From Rhizophagus irregularis (lineage: Eukaryota): a stretch of DNA of 64,000 nucleotides. Positions 1 to 12,530 of this stretch are shown here, one piece after another. Below the pieces are notes generated by a model. The model was not told the origin of the DNA. It worked only from the letters and a program-made list of their open reading frames with translations, and did no database searches. Both the position numbers and the translations under genes were made by a program. Numbering within the stretch: the stretch's first letter is position 1; each line of letters begins with the position of its first letter. The DNA lies in the NCBI RefSeq assembly GCF_026210795.1, contig NC_089430.1, positions 4,278,001 to 4,342,000 on the forward strand, written 5' to 3'.

Positions 1-400
1 TGAAGTGTCAGTCAAAATAACGTTAATAACAACGAAGATACAATGCTATTTAAAGGAAGATTGTTTGATACAGCAACATTAGAATCGCCAGTGATGCAAA
101 ATGAAAATATACTCAGAGAAGCAACAAGAGGTTTAATCAACGAGAAATGGTGGCGAACATGTAAACTGAAAATCAAAGGAACTACCTAAAGGAAATATTC
201 GATGTTTACATAAGAAAACTTCAACAAATATGGAACAAGCAAGAGATGTAATGAGTTAGAAAGACAAATGGGAATTACAAAGAGCTAAAAAGGAAAAAGA
301 ATAGGGAAGATAATAGTGATGGGGGAAAACTAGGAAATAAAAAACAACAAAAAAAAAATCAAAACTATTATAACATAATATGGTAGAAAATAGCAAAGAG
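1..400 (+). mobile_element. Degenerate 3' end of a non-LTR (LINE-like) retrotransposon ORF2
   Basis: Broken translation EATRGLINEKWW...QIWNK.RCNELERQMGITK resembles the C-termini of Glomeromycotina RT/RNase H proteins; it contains stops and frameshifts. Recognition from memory only. Confidence 0.4.
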
Positions 401-666
401 GGGGTATTTAGGTTAGGTATTAACGATATTAAATTTTGGGGAAATAAAGTAATTAGTAATTTAGTAAATACATAGAATACATAAGATATATGTAGATTTA
501 GATAAACGCATAAAAATGTATAGTCATTAGTTACTTCGTTATATTATACGAAAATAATTTTTCCAATTATTAGATATGAATTATCAAAATAATAATATAA
601 GTATATAAAACCATTTTCAATATATAAAATTAGTAAAATTTTTATTTTTATACTCATTACAATAGC

Positions 667-867
667 AGGACCCCGAGCTATACATAAATAGGTAGGATAA
701 AGGATTGCGTAGATTTTTCCTTTTTTAGATAATGCCGGGCCGGAATTTATTTCCTTTTTTAGACGCTGACTGGAATTATCATAATTCCGGCCCTGAATAA
801 ATGCGTAGAGCTAATAGTAATTTTTTTTTCTGCACCTTACCTCTATATTTATATAGCTCGGGGTCCT
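667..867. mobile_element. MITE, AGGACCC family, copy 1 (201 bp)
   Basis: TIR aggaccccgagctata...tatagctcggggtcct; 8-bp TSD acaatagc at 659-666 and 868-875; internal similarity to the copy at 34023-34253. Confidence 0.9.
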
Positions 868-1229
868 ACAATAGCTGATTGTATTTAATTATATTGTTGA
901 CTTTACTTTAAAGCCTACAAAAATATTCTCTATTTTTTAATAAATTATATTTTTAAGACAAAGCCATTACGACATTATACATATTATACATAATTATTTT
1001 AACTTTATAATAAGCAGTGACATTGATCTTTTAGGTCAGGTTAGTTAACAGAATAATTAACTGCCAAGTTTTACTGTTTTACTAGTCTAATTCTTATCGG
1101 TTTAACATATTAGAAAACGTGAGTTTATTTAATATATTTTCTTTTATCGGAATTCTATTCATAGACAGATGGAGTTTCGGAAAGAGTAAGCCTGATTTCC
1201 TACCTGACTAGAAAAAAATTATTCAACCT

Positions 1230-2270
1230 CTACTGATATGAAGAATGCTTGAAGCAGATGGAAAAAAGACCAACTTCTATGCAATCAAATGGTATGTATA
1301 ATTCTGTAATTTTAATCCAAATAAGCATATATTTGAATAAATAAGGACAAGTGTAAATAGCAAAAATGAAGGAAATGATAAAATATGAAATCCATAAAAA
1401 ATTCTGCCCGGAATTCATACATGAAAATATATGTGCTAAAATGCCTAGAACTATTAAGGTTGTTAAAAAAGGAATAAGTTGTATAACAATCATACAAATA
1501 ATAACCGTTATAGTATCAAAAATATAACATAGTATGGGAATACTAAACAAAAAGGAACCAACCCAAGAAAATGTGAAATTAATTTTCCATTTGATTTTTT
1601 CATATGTGAAATTTGTGAAAAGATTCGCAATAAAAAAAAAGCTTTGAAAAACGCACACTACCAATATGATAGTATTTAAAGTTGAAACTGAATTATTACG
1701 ATAAAGTAAAGCCCCTTCACAAATAGTAAATATGATTTGGAAATGAAAACCAATCGGAATTATATCAATCAATTCAAAAAAAATTGATAATAACTTTAAT
1801 GAGACCTAAAAAGAAATAGATGCCACCAAGACCTGCAACATATTGTCTAGAAAGATTCAAAACAATCGCTGTGATTGATAAAATATTCAATTGTATGTGC
1901 GAAATTTCATTCCCTACTCCTGAATATTTAGTTATAACCGATGAAATCATCCATAAAATAAAGGACATTACACCTCTATAAATTGAAGCCAAACCTAGGC
2001 CTAGATCTGTTGCGTTTTAACACAATCAATAAATACAGTTGTTCCATGTAAAAACCAATGTGTCGAAATATTGTTTCTAATATCCGATTTAAGAAAAAAG
2101 AACACAAGGAACAATTCATCACAAGCAATGAAGGCATCAATAAGCCAATAGTATTTGTTATATTCGATAGTGTTATTATCAGCAAGAACAAAATGAAACA
2201 TAAAAATTGTACAGAGAGATATGTTCAATTTTACGTTTAGAAAATAAAATTTAACGCTTTGAGTTTTCAT
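1230..2270 (-). CDS. Multi-pass membrane protein of about 345 aa, split by two homopolymer frameshifts (assembly error or recent pseudogene)
   Basis: Three abutting hydrophobic ORFs (2001-2270, 1774-1992, 1230-1772) join into one frame (DCVKNATDLGLGLASIY...INFFELIDII) after adding one base to the run at about 2015-2018 and removing one from the run at about 1776-1783. Confidence 0.6.
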
Positions 2271-2685
2271 TTTGCAAATAAAGGATAAAAAGTTAATAGT
2301 CGGGACAACCGTATATTCAAATATTTATGTTTATAGGACAAATGAAACGGCGTTTCGCCGAAACGCCTTTGTATGTTTATTATTATACACAGAAGATGCT
2401 TAAAAGGAAATATTTTCTTTCTCTACGTAAATCTAGCCAAATCGTGTGACCTTTCATTTGAATTGTGTATCACATGATGCACTGGGTACCTGCTAATTTT
2501 GGTAGGACAATAAACTAATAACTTGATTGGGACGTTAAAAAATTCAATGAATAATTTAAATTAGTTTAATGCATTCTTAAAACCGGCAAGGGCTTCGAGT
2601 TGAAAAGTTCTCAAGAAATTTAAGCACCGAAATTCTATTTTATTATATAGGATCAATGATTTTTTATATTTAATGACAATCACAT

Positions 2686-3508
2686 GAGCATAGCGTACAT
2701 TCCTATTTTATCACAATTTTACCGATCATTTGCCAATCATTTGTCGATCATTTATTCAAATATATCACATAATATAAATGCCATTATTGGAAATTTTTAC
2801 ATAATAATATATGCTCAAAATTTGCAAAAAAGACTTAAATTTGGTTATAATTTGTTTTATATTAAATTTTATTAGAATTGGATTGTTATTGAGTGACTTT
2901 TCTTAGTAGCAACTTTTTAACTTTTATTATTGTTTTAAAATTTTTATGAATTGTTAGCATATGTTTTATGGTATTATTTATTAAATTTTGCGATTTATTT
3001 AGTTTCATGGCATCAATTTACTTAATTTCGTGGCATTAATTTATGTAATTTCGTGGTATTTATTTAATTTTGTGGCACTGGTTTATTTTATATTTATTTA
3101 TTCATTTTGCAAAATTATTCGTTAAATACCTTACTAATAAAAAATATGTTTAATGGATTGTATCACTGTTTTATTTTTAATATATATTGTATATAAGACA
3201 GAGAATATTTGAATATTTGTGCAAAGTTTCAAGTTTCGCCCATGAATATTCATCAATTTTTGTCTGATGATCCGCAAAAATGACTGAATTATCACATACG
3301 AAAAATGTGTTATAGCAATATAAAAAAATTATACTAATAATCACGTAATTAAAATTATATGACAATTTAGTACTTAGCTTGGATTTCCATTATTTTTTTG
3401 CCACATTATTTTAAAATTATTTGTGACTTTTCAACAAGTTTTTAAAATCCGGAATTATGTGATCGGAAAATGATCGGCAAGGTGATATGAGCATGTTCGC
3501 TATGCCTC
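2686..3508. mobile_element. Non-autonomous TIR element
   Basis: Imperfect terminal inverted repeats gagcatagcgtacatt...ccgatcattt and aaatgatcgg...atgttcgctatgcctc; TSD not clean. Confidence 0.55.
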
Positions 3509-4259
3509 ACTACATGCTGTATGTTAAAATTTATGAAAATCATAAGTAAACATGGGATAAAATAAAAAAATATCATCATTTTAGTACTTTGGATAAATAG
3601 CATTAGAATTTTGAAAAAAATATATTAAAATAATTGAAATTTGTAATTTTTATAAAATTTATTTATGAAATTTATAAATAACTTACAAAGCATGAGATAA
3701 TTTAATGGAAGCTTCATATAATTGTCTATCATCGAGTGAATCAAATCCGCCCCATATTTTGATTTGTAGTTACAATAAAATGTTTCATAATCGTCATAAC
3801 AATTTTAAATACATAAAATTTCGAACTTCCAATATATAATGAATCCTAACCAAAATTAAAACTGGTACTAATATAATTTCATTATTTTCAAATGAGATGA
3901 TAAAGTTACCAGATGATTTATACCATCGAAAATCAAGTACGTCAATTGAAACATTATTTTCAACTATAACCATTAAAGACTTTGTCAGATAATTGATCAT
4001 TAAACTAGCTACTTGACCTTAAAATTTATTCTTAAATGAATTAATTTCAAATCCATCACAACTACCATTAAAAATAAAGTCAAATTTATATAAAAGAATC
4101 TTCTTTTCAGTAAGAATCACTAGTAAAGGATTTTTTTTTTGTCAATCCAATTTTAAATAGTTTTAGTTTGAATAGAACCAGACTACTTAACTTTATGCGT
4201 CTTTTCTATATAAACATTTTTAATAAAGACCACACTGTATTTTTTGACGATAAAAAAAT

Positions 4260-4700
4260 TTTTTAGTAAAAGAAATTAAATAAAAAAAAAATAACAAACC
4301 GAAAAAAAAATACAATATTTAATTCTTACATTGTAATGCAACAGCTCGCAAACTCTATCTGAACCTAGAAAGGCAAAAAAAATTTCTAGTGAAAGAAATT
4401 AACGATGCAAAAAAAAAATTCAGCGCTTACCATAGTACCACAGCGCCTCACTGAACCCATTCTGGACGACTGGACCTAAAAAAGACGAAAAAAAATAATT
4501 AGTAAAAGAAATTATATAAAATAATTTACAGATCGAAAAGAAATGAATTTTGGCGCTTACCATAGTACCGTGACGCTGAACTGGATCTGAAAAGACAAAA
4601 AAAATTTTTTTAGTAAAAGAAATTAAAAAAATACGAAAATTCGGTGTTAACCGCAGTACCGCATCACCTATCTGAACGAAAAAGCAAATTTTTTCTTGTA
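4260..4700 (-). repeat. Degenerate tandem repeat of about 110-130 bp built like micro-exon plus intron units
   Basis: On the minus strand each unit reads ACTAA branch, poly-Y, YAG, a 26-45 nt exon, then GTAAG (exons 4561-4586, 4431-4475, 4330-4364). Confidence 0.6.
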
Positions 4701-6818
4701 AAGAAATTAAATAAAAAAAGATTTTTTTTTTAATGTATTAGTAACTTAATCAACCAAACATAAATAATGTGATGAACAAAGACACAAAAAAAAAGAAAAG
4801 AAAAAAGAAGAGTACCTGGTACTTGTTAATTCTCCGTGTATACCGCCTACAAAAATATTATGTGCATTATTATGTATGAAAGCTTACGGTTTGCTTTGGA
4901 TTTACACAATACTATTTGCGTCTCTAGCTTGTAAAAACTAATTGCGTTTTTCAGTTTCACATTTTATTTCCTCACGTTCCTTTAGTCTTTAACCTAGTAT
5001 GCCAGAAAAGGGATTACAGAAATATTTTATTAAACTCAAATACCGCGGTAAATGTTAATCATATCTATGATTCAATATTCTTTTAACACCGCTAACGTTG
5101 ATTATGGGTGAAGCCCTGTTCCGAATGGTGCAATACCAAAATTTAATACAAATTTTTCTTTAAAAAAATTCTACAGCAACAATACAGGTTTCGTACAATT
5201 CTTTAGGTATAGAACTTGACATACTCATCGAAAATGTAGACAAAGAACAAGAACAAGTAGGAAAGCCATATCAAATGAGGGATAGATTGAAGATTAGTAT
5301 CTTTAGGAATTTATCAATGAATTGTGCTACGTCCTGCTCTGTGGGTGTGGAGAAGAAGAGCATCTGGTCCATAGGTCATGCATGCATCGTAACGTGCGTA
5401 TCTTACTGAATGAAGACTCAGCAAAAATTCTTTTGAGGTCTACTTTCGAAACAAAGATCATTTACTACGAGAAACAACTGCCAAGCAGATTAAAGAAGAT
5501 CTGTTGGGTGAGACGAATCTTAAGAACTCCGAACTAATAATCGGACAAAACCAAGTATTTGGTTACATTCATTCCTGCATTCACAATAAATTGATACTAG
5601 TAGGTTTTAAATAAGAAACATTTAAAGGAAATATTGACCAAATTCTTAATAAAATCAATAGAATATTCACAATTATTGGAATAAGCTAAATAATGTTTAT
5701 TGTCCAATACGAAGCGAAGGATTTTATGCCTTTTACAAATGATAATAAAAAAACAAAAATTACTTGGTCTGCAATTTGCTATAGTCACGTAAATTGTAAT
5801 GTAAAATAATAAATAAATAAATTTTTATTTTCTGATTTAAAAATAAATAATCAATTCTTCTTTGTATGATGATGTTGAAAAATATACCGTAGAGACACTT
5901 CATATCGGCGGATTTGATTACTTTGCGTTAACAAGCCTTAACAAAAAGATTTTCATAATTTTATTGCCCAAAATTGTGTTGTAATAATATATATAATATG
6001 TTAAGTTAAAATCTACGCTCTCAAAACTTAGTTTTTCAAATAAAATAGACGAAAAAAATCCATTTCATTAATAAACAACTCATTTTTCACTCACATAGTT
6101 ATATTTCAATAAAATAAAAATAAAATATAACCTTAACAATAGTCATAAATATTTAAAAATTCATTCTTTTTATTAAAAAGATTTAAATTTTATACTTAAT
6201 TAAAATCTTTATAAAGGACTGTAAAATCACGACAATATCAAAAATACAACCATCAGCAAGTTACGGAAGTGATGTTAACCTCTAGATGTTCACCATAAAA
6301 ATACATTGAACATCAGACCCTTTGATGTAATACCAACGTTACAACAATACAATGTTTATTGCAAAATCAAGATGTTTTGTTATTAATATCATTATTGATA
6401 TTATTTTATTCAGTTTATTTAATAGTACAAATTTATATTAATTATAAAAACAATAAAAATACATGAAATTTTTAAGTCACATCAGTTATAGAAAAAAAGT
6501 TTTGAATCAATTCAAAACTCATCCATTATCCAAGAATCGTATCCAAACCCTATAAAAATGTACTGTTTAACAAAATCCCCAAAATTTTTAAATTTAAATA
6601 GACACAAAATTTTATCAATTTTTTTAAATCCCTCTTCCTCCCCCCAAAAATTTGGTTTCATACTATACATATTAAAAAAAATGTTTTTATATAATATTCC
6701 CCAACCATGGAAATCTAATTTTTAGATTTCTTTTTTTTACTTTTTCCTTCCTCATATTTTCAAAATTCAATAGTAAAAAAAAATTTTAAAAAAAATTTAT
6801 AAATTATTTTTAACCCCT

Positions 6819-6819
<1 letters not shown>

Positions 6820-6845
<26 letters not shown>
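6820..6845 (+). repeat. Poly-C tract (26 nt)
   Basis: Uninterrupted C run in very AT-rich DNA. Confidence 0.9.
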
Positions 6846-6851
<6 letters not shown>

Positions 6852-6877
6852 TTAAACAGAAATTCCTATTGGCCTGA

Positions 6878-7570
6878 TTACCACCCACCATCACCTAAAA
6901 ATCAAAGCTCAACAAAAAATAAAAGAAACATTAGTACATTTCTTAAAGCACTAGTGATGAACTCCATTTTCAAAAAAGGTAATTTACCATTGAAAGCACC
7001 TTCTGGAGAAACTAATACCTGCAACAAAATAAAAAGAAGTATGAATACATTTTTGTGGGTAAATGGAGAAGCTTCTCTCAAAAAAACCAACTTACCATCA
7101 AAAGTATTCTTTAGAGAAGCTAGAACCTACAAAACTAAAAAAAGAAACATTAGTATATTTCTTAGATTTTAGATTTTTCTGATTTTCACTTTAATAAATA
7201 AAAATTACAAATTGAGACCATTATAACAAAATTTAACTGCAAATTCTGCTAATGTATAATAGTCAAGTCTAAAGTCAAATCTGCATCCAGAAAGATACCT
7301 ACAAGAAAAAAAAGGAATATTAGTAAAGGTATTACTAACGTTCCAAAGCCATAATTCCCACACGCACTGTTAATGTTCAAAGTCAAAATTCGCGTCTAGA
7401 AAGATACTACTATAAGAAAAAAAAGTAAATATCTTACTAACGTTATTCCCACCCACACCCTTCCATACTGGATCCAAAGTCAAATCCAGGTCTTAGGAAA
7501 ATAACATTATTAGTAAATTTCACTAATGTATCCTAATCCCTAACCCTTATTATAACCCACAGCTCTTACC
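6878..7570 (-). repeat. Second micro-exon/intron-like repeat array
   Basis: Minus-strand YAG|exon|GTAA units with exons 7096-7126 (31 nt), 6988-7018 (31 nt, similar to the first) and 6882-6894 (13 nt); ACTAA branch motifs upstream of most acceptors. Confidence 0.55.
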
Positions 7571-8274
7571 TTATTCCTTTTTTCGTCCTTAGTTATGCTA
7601 TAATCTATTTTTCAATTATTTTTAATAAAAAAAGTACTACATCAGTTGATATTTTTTGAAAAAAAGAAAAAGCTTCTCTTTCACCTTTTTTCTCTCATCG
7701 AGTTTAAGAAAGTATAAATATATATATACATTTTTCATTAATTTATATTTAAAAAAAAATTCTACAATATGTTTATAAATATAAAAGCTGGGTAAATTAG
7801 CCCAAAACCCATTTAAGGGATAATTAATTTGCAAAAATGATTCCCCAAAATGTATTAGTAGTTTTCACTGGTTCGGATACTGTTTACTCCATTTACTAGT
7901 TTAATGAAAATGTTTCACAAAATTTTGTTAACTAAGTTAAACAATGAGTAAATTATCGCATAATATAATTTTTTAATTGATAGACTTTTAAAAGGTTATA
8001 TTTCATTTATCAATAAAATTAACAAGAAAAATAAAATTTTTAATTATAGAATAATAATAAAATGTAAAACAAACTCTTTATAGCGTTTAGGCCGTTTAGT
8101 TATTAAAATTCGCTGTGATGATCTATATTAAAATTGTCGATCCTACAATGACGAAATAATTCCTTTTTTATCTTTATTGAATATCCAAATTTAGTTAAAT
8201 ATAAAACGCCATTTTTTTTTTTGCGAACGTAAATTCTTTTTCATAAATTTGAAACATGCTTATAAAATTCAAAA

Positions 8275-9906
8275 ATGAGTGTTAATATTAAAAATAATGT
8301 AGTATCTGAATTTAATGAATTAAATATTTCCGACAAAGATCCAAATTCATCAAAAATTGATCATGAAAATTGTTATGACCTAGATGATAAAAAGTTTTGG
8401 TGTAAAGAATGTGTTCCTCGTTGCATAATTGAAGGATGGACTAGTGGAAATGATGATATTGATAATTTTATCAAGGATACGATTTATAATGTAGGTGGAG
8501 AGTGTTATCCATCATTTCTTGAATGGGTTCCATTTGATAAATTTAAAGATATGAAACAAATAGGTGAAGGTGGATTTGCAAAAGTGTATTCTGCAACTTG
8601 GATTGATGGTATAGCAAAATACACTAAACAAGATGATGAAAATTGGATAAAAATAAAACCTAAATCCATGCAAGTTGCTTTGAAAAGGCTAAATGGATCA
8701 AAGAATATGTCAGCTGATTTTTTAAACGAGGTATTTTTTTTATCATATGTACTTATTTATAATTTTAATAACTATTATTAAGATTAATTTAATTTATTTT
8801 AATTTGTATAATAGCTTAAAACACATTGGAAATTAAATTGTTTACAAAATAATTCTTTAAAATTTTATGGAATAACTAAAGATCCAGAAACTGAAGAATT
8901 TATGATGGTTATGGAATATGCAAAAGATGGAAATTTGAGAAATGTTCTTTCAAGTGATTTTAACAAAATTTTATGGGTCACCAAAATTAGATATTTATAC
9001 TTTTCAGCAATGGATCTTAAAAATTTACATGAATTAGGATATTTTCATAGAGATTTTCATAGTGGAAATATATTAAATATTAGTGGAGCTTCTTATATAT
9101 CAGATTTTGGATTATCCGGACAATTAAATGAACAAAACTTAGATAATAAAATATATGGTGTATTGCCATATATTGCTCCAGAAGTTTTAAATAGAGAACC
9201 ATATACATTATCTTCTGACATTTATAGTTTTGGTGTAGTTATGACTGAATTATCATCTGGAAAACCTCCTTTTCATAAAAGAAAACATGACATTAGTTTA
9301 GCATTAAAAATATGTAATGGACTCAGACCAGAATTTGGAAAAGGAACTCCCGAAATTTATAAGAAATTAGCTCATAGATGTATGAATGCTAATCCAAATC
9401 AAAGGCCAACAGCCAATGAATTATATAAAATATTAGATTGTTTGAATGGTCATAAAGATAATGAAAAATATGGATATAAAGGAGAAGAAGTTAAAGCTAT
9501 ATTTGAAGAAGCTGATAAAGAAATACCAAATATTTCAACCTCATATGAAAAGAAGCCTGATGCCATTTATACTAGTAGAGCATTTACATTTAAAAATTTG
9601 TCAAAACCCATTAATTCATCTTTTATTACTACTACATATCTTAATGAAGAAGATAATAAAGGTACTGCATTTTGTATTATTATTTAATTTTTATAAATAA
9701 TTAAGATAATAACTAATTTTATTTATTATAATAGGTTGTCAAGATTCTCAATTAATTGACCTTGAGATTCCTAACACATCAAAGTTAAAAGGTAAATATA
9801 ATCCACTAGTATATTTATGATATTAATTTCATGATGTAAAATAAAAAACGTATTATTAATGTTTTATTACTAATTTTTATTAATAGACGGAAATAGTGAT
9901 AACTAA
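8275..9906 (+). CDS. Tyrosine-kinase-like protein kinase, 459 aa, 4 exons
   Basis: Exons 8275-8730, 8815-9661, 9735-9791 and 9887-9906 have GT-AG introns and sum to 460 codons; GEGGFA, VALK, HRDFHSGN, DFG and APE motifs are intact. Confidence 0.93.
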
Positions 9907-11073
9907 ATAATTTATATTTTCATTATTTTTATATATATATTTTTTATTATAAATTACTAGCTGCAACCAGGACACCAAGCAATATATATAGGTAATAAGA
10001 AAAGTCAAAATTTTTATAATAGCTCTACACAAGGTTTTTATTAATATAAATAAGCAAATTCAACATGTGACTTCACGAATTGCCTAAAAATGAGCAATCA
10101 AGTCATATGACCTAAAATTTTTTAATACGAAAAATCACAATAATAAAATACATTGATAATTTCCAATTATTGTCATTTTTTTCATTTTATCAATTAGTAC
10201 TTCACGATATACAATTTAACATTTCATCATTTTTTCAATAATGTCATCCCAACCAAAATATTCACATTTCTTTTCATTCCCTATTAGCTTAGCATATTAC
10301 CATCAATTAAAACTTTTACATGATGTTAAAATAAGAGCAGTATTTTTTTTTAGATCTCAACGTACTAATAAATAACTTTCAGTTTCTAATTTAAATATGG
10401 ATATACTAAAAGTATAATATAATCACTATAATAATAATTAAAACTAATTCTGTATTAGAAAGAATCACAGCTTTTATCTATAAATACAGGATGTTATATT
10501 ATAAGCTAATAATGTATTAATATTTTCTAAATTAACTAAAATAAACAACGATAACTTGCAAGTGCAAAATAAATTCAAAAGATCGTTTTTTAAAATTCTT
10601 CAAAAATTTTTTACGACCTTTTCTTTTAGTACATAATTTTCTTTAAATTAACATATATGAAGGCGTAATGCAAGTACATTACAATTTCATAAATGACAAG
10701 GAAACAGAATTACTTTAGGTTTTTACTCATAATAGTTTCTTTTTATATTAATTAAAAGCTCTCTCTATAGTAAAATTTAATCCTTATTTTATTTTCAAAA
10801 TGATATATGATATACTTTATACTTTTTTACAATACAAATTTTCTAATTTTTAATATCATTTTACAGTAAATATTTTTGCAAATTTATCAAATCATTTTTT
10901 GAATATCCAATAACACTATCACTAACAATAAAATATTATTTAATCTTTTGATGCTAAAAATTATTATAAAAGAATTTTCTTTATAAATACGTAAAATAGT
11001 AACAAATTCTGAGTCTGATCTCATGTAACAATATCATAAAAAAAGTCGAATTTTGAAATAAAATAGTTAAAAT

Positions 11074-11587
11074 TCTTATTGTCCGAAGCGTATGCGTAGG
11101 ACACTTCCATTATTCTACTCCAAACCATGCATGTGTTGTCTGTCCGCACACGTGTATGACCAATAAAGTCTTAGGATCAGGTGTACCTTAAATTTGTTTA
11201 CGTATATAACACTTTTTGTTTATGTCCCCTGATTTAAAATTAAATGTTCCAAAACATGACCATTTCCGAATGTTTTCCGGACGCACGGAAATTTCCGGAC
11301 ATTTTCCATACTTTTCAGGACAAATTCCGAATTTTCTTTTTTTATAGGGCATTCAAAAAATAACAAATAAATTTTTTAATTTCTTATAATTTTTACACGT
11401 TTTTTATGTTTTTTAATTGAAAATAAAAATAAATAAAAAATAAAAAAATAAAACAATTGATTTCATAAATAACACTGAATTTTTGATCGTTGTGTTGTTG
11501 ATTTCTTACATTTTATAGTTTATAGTTTAAATTTATGAGCATGTGATTTATGACGCTTTGGATGCATCAACGGTTACCGTTTCCTAG
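11074..11587 (+). mobile_element. Helentron/HINE-like non-autonomous element
   Basis: Subterminal IR tccgaagcgt (11082) and acgctttgga (11553); GTCY motif gtctgtcc; 3' stem-loop aacggttaccgtt followed by CTAG. Confidence 0.6.
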
Positions 11588-11947
11588 TATTATAGTAAAA
11601 AGTAAATAATATCTACTGTGTATTACTTAATTTTTATAATAAATTAAAAATTAGAAAAGGCGAGTATTTAAATAATTTAGAAAAATAATAAACCTTCACT
11701 TGACAACATAAAATATTTTATGTATTAATAATATACAATAATTTTATACATTTTTACGTAAATTATTATTCGCAATACTACATGTATAAAGCTTCTTTAT
11801 TTTTACTAAAATTTCTCAAGAATTAAATATGTTTCACATAATTAAAAAGCTATAGAATGGAAATTTTTACTCTTGAATAAATTAATAAATAATGAATGTA
11901 TGTTGAATAAAAATAATTTTAACTATCACACGAAATAAACTTATATA

Positions 11948-12530
11948 TTATCCCATCGGTACTATGTATACACCGATGGATTTTTTTGTAAATTATTCCA
12001 CCGGTATATAAAAAGTATAAAAAAGTATAAAATCCATCGGTGTATACGCCATACACAATGAGCTAAACCTGTTATTCCGGTATCTAATAAATACTCCATA
12101 TTAGAGGTCTGCAAACGGGACACGGAACCCGGAAACCCTAACCCGGCCCGGACCCGGCTCCGGGTTTAAGCCGGCAAATTTTCTTCAAAATTCACCTGGG
12201 CCGGGTCCGGGCCGGCACATGAATTTTCGTTAAACCCGGATTTTCGTAATTCTGGCCAAAATCGTCTTAATTCCGGCCGAAATTAAACTGGCCAAAATTA
12301 AGTTGGCCAATTTTTTTTGTTTTTACAACAAAATAATATAATAAAAGTCCGGGTCCGGTCCGGGCCGGGCACTTTATGTTAATTTCCAAGTGCGGGCCGG
12401 GCCGGGTTGTAAAATAGTGGTCAATGCTGACCTCTACTCCATATACACCAATGCTCCCCTCCCTTCGCCCTTCGGGGGCCCCCAAGGCATCGGTGAATAT
12501 TTCAGTTATTCATTGATACCCATGGAATAA
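11948..12530. mobile_element. Probable inverted-repeat element hosting the hAT-like MITE
   Basis: Ends ttatcccatcggta and tacccatggaataa match 12/14 as inverted repeats; internal perfect 19-bp IR gtatacaccgatggatttt (11966) and aaaatccatcggtgtatac (12029). Confidence 0.4.
12102..12436. mobile_element. hAT-like MITE, TAGAGGTC family, copy 1 (CpG-rich)
   Basis: TIR tagaggtc...gacctcta; perfect 8-bp TSD ctccatat; many ccgg subterminal motifs. Confidence 0.9.

Noticed and set aside
5100..5600. Slightly GC-richer coding-like segment including the 71-aa ORF
   Set aside because: No recognisable motif or consistent exon structure.
9446..9700. Short ORFs overlapping kinase or BTB exons in other frames or strands (also 15699-16037, 25424-25708, 26222-26422, 32843-33046, 50536-50739, 51567-51770)
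   Set aside because: They are alternative-frame or antisense shadows of real genes.
12267..12485. 72-aa ORF
   Set aside because: It lies mostly within a GC-rich MITE and has no coding features.
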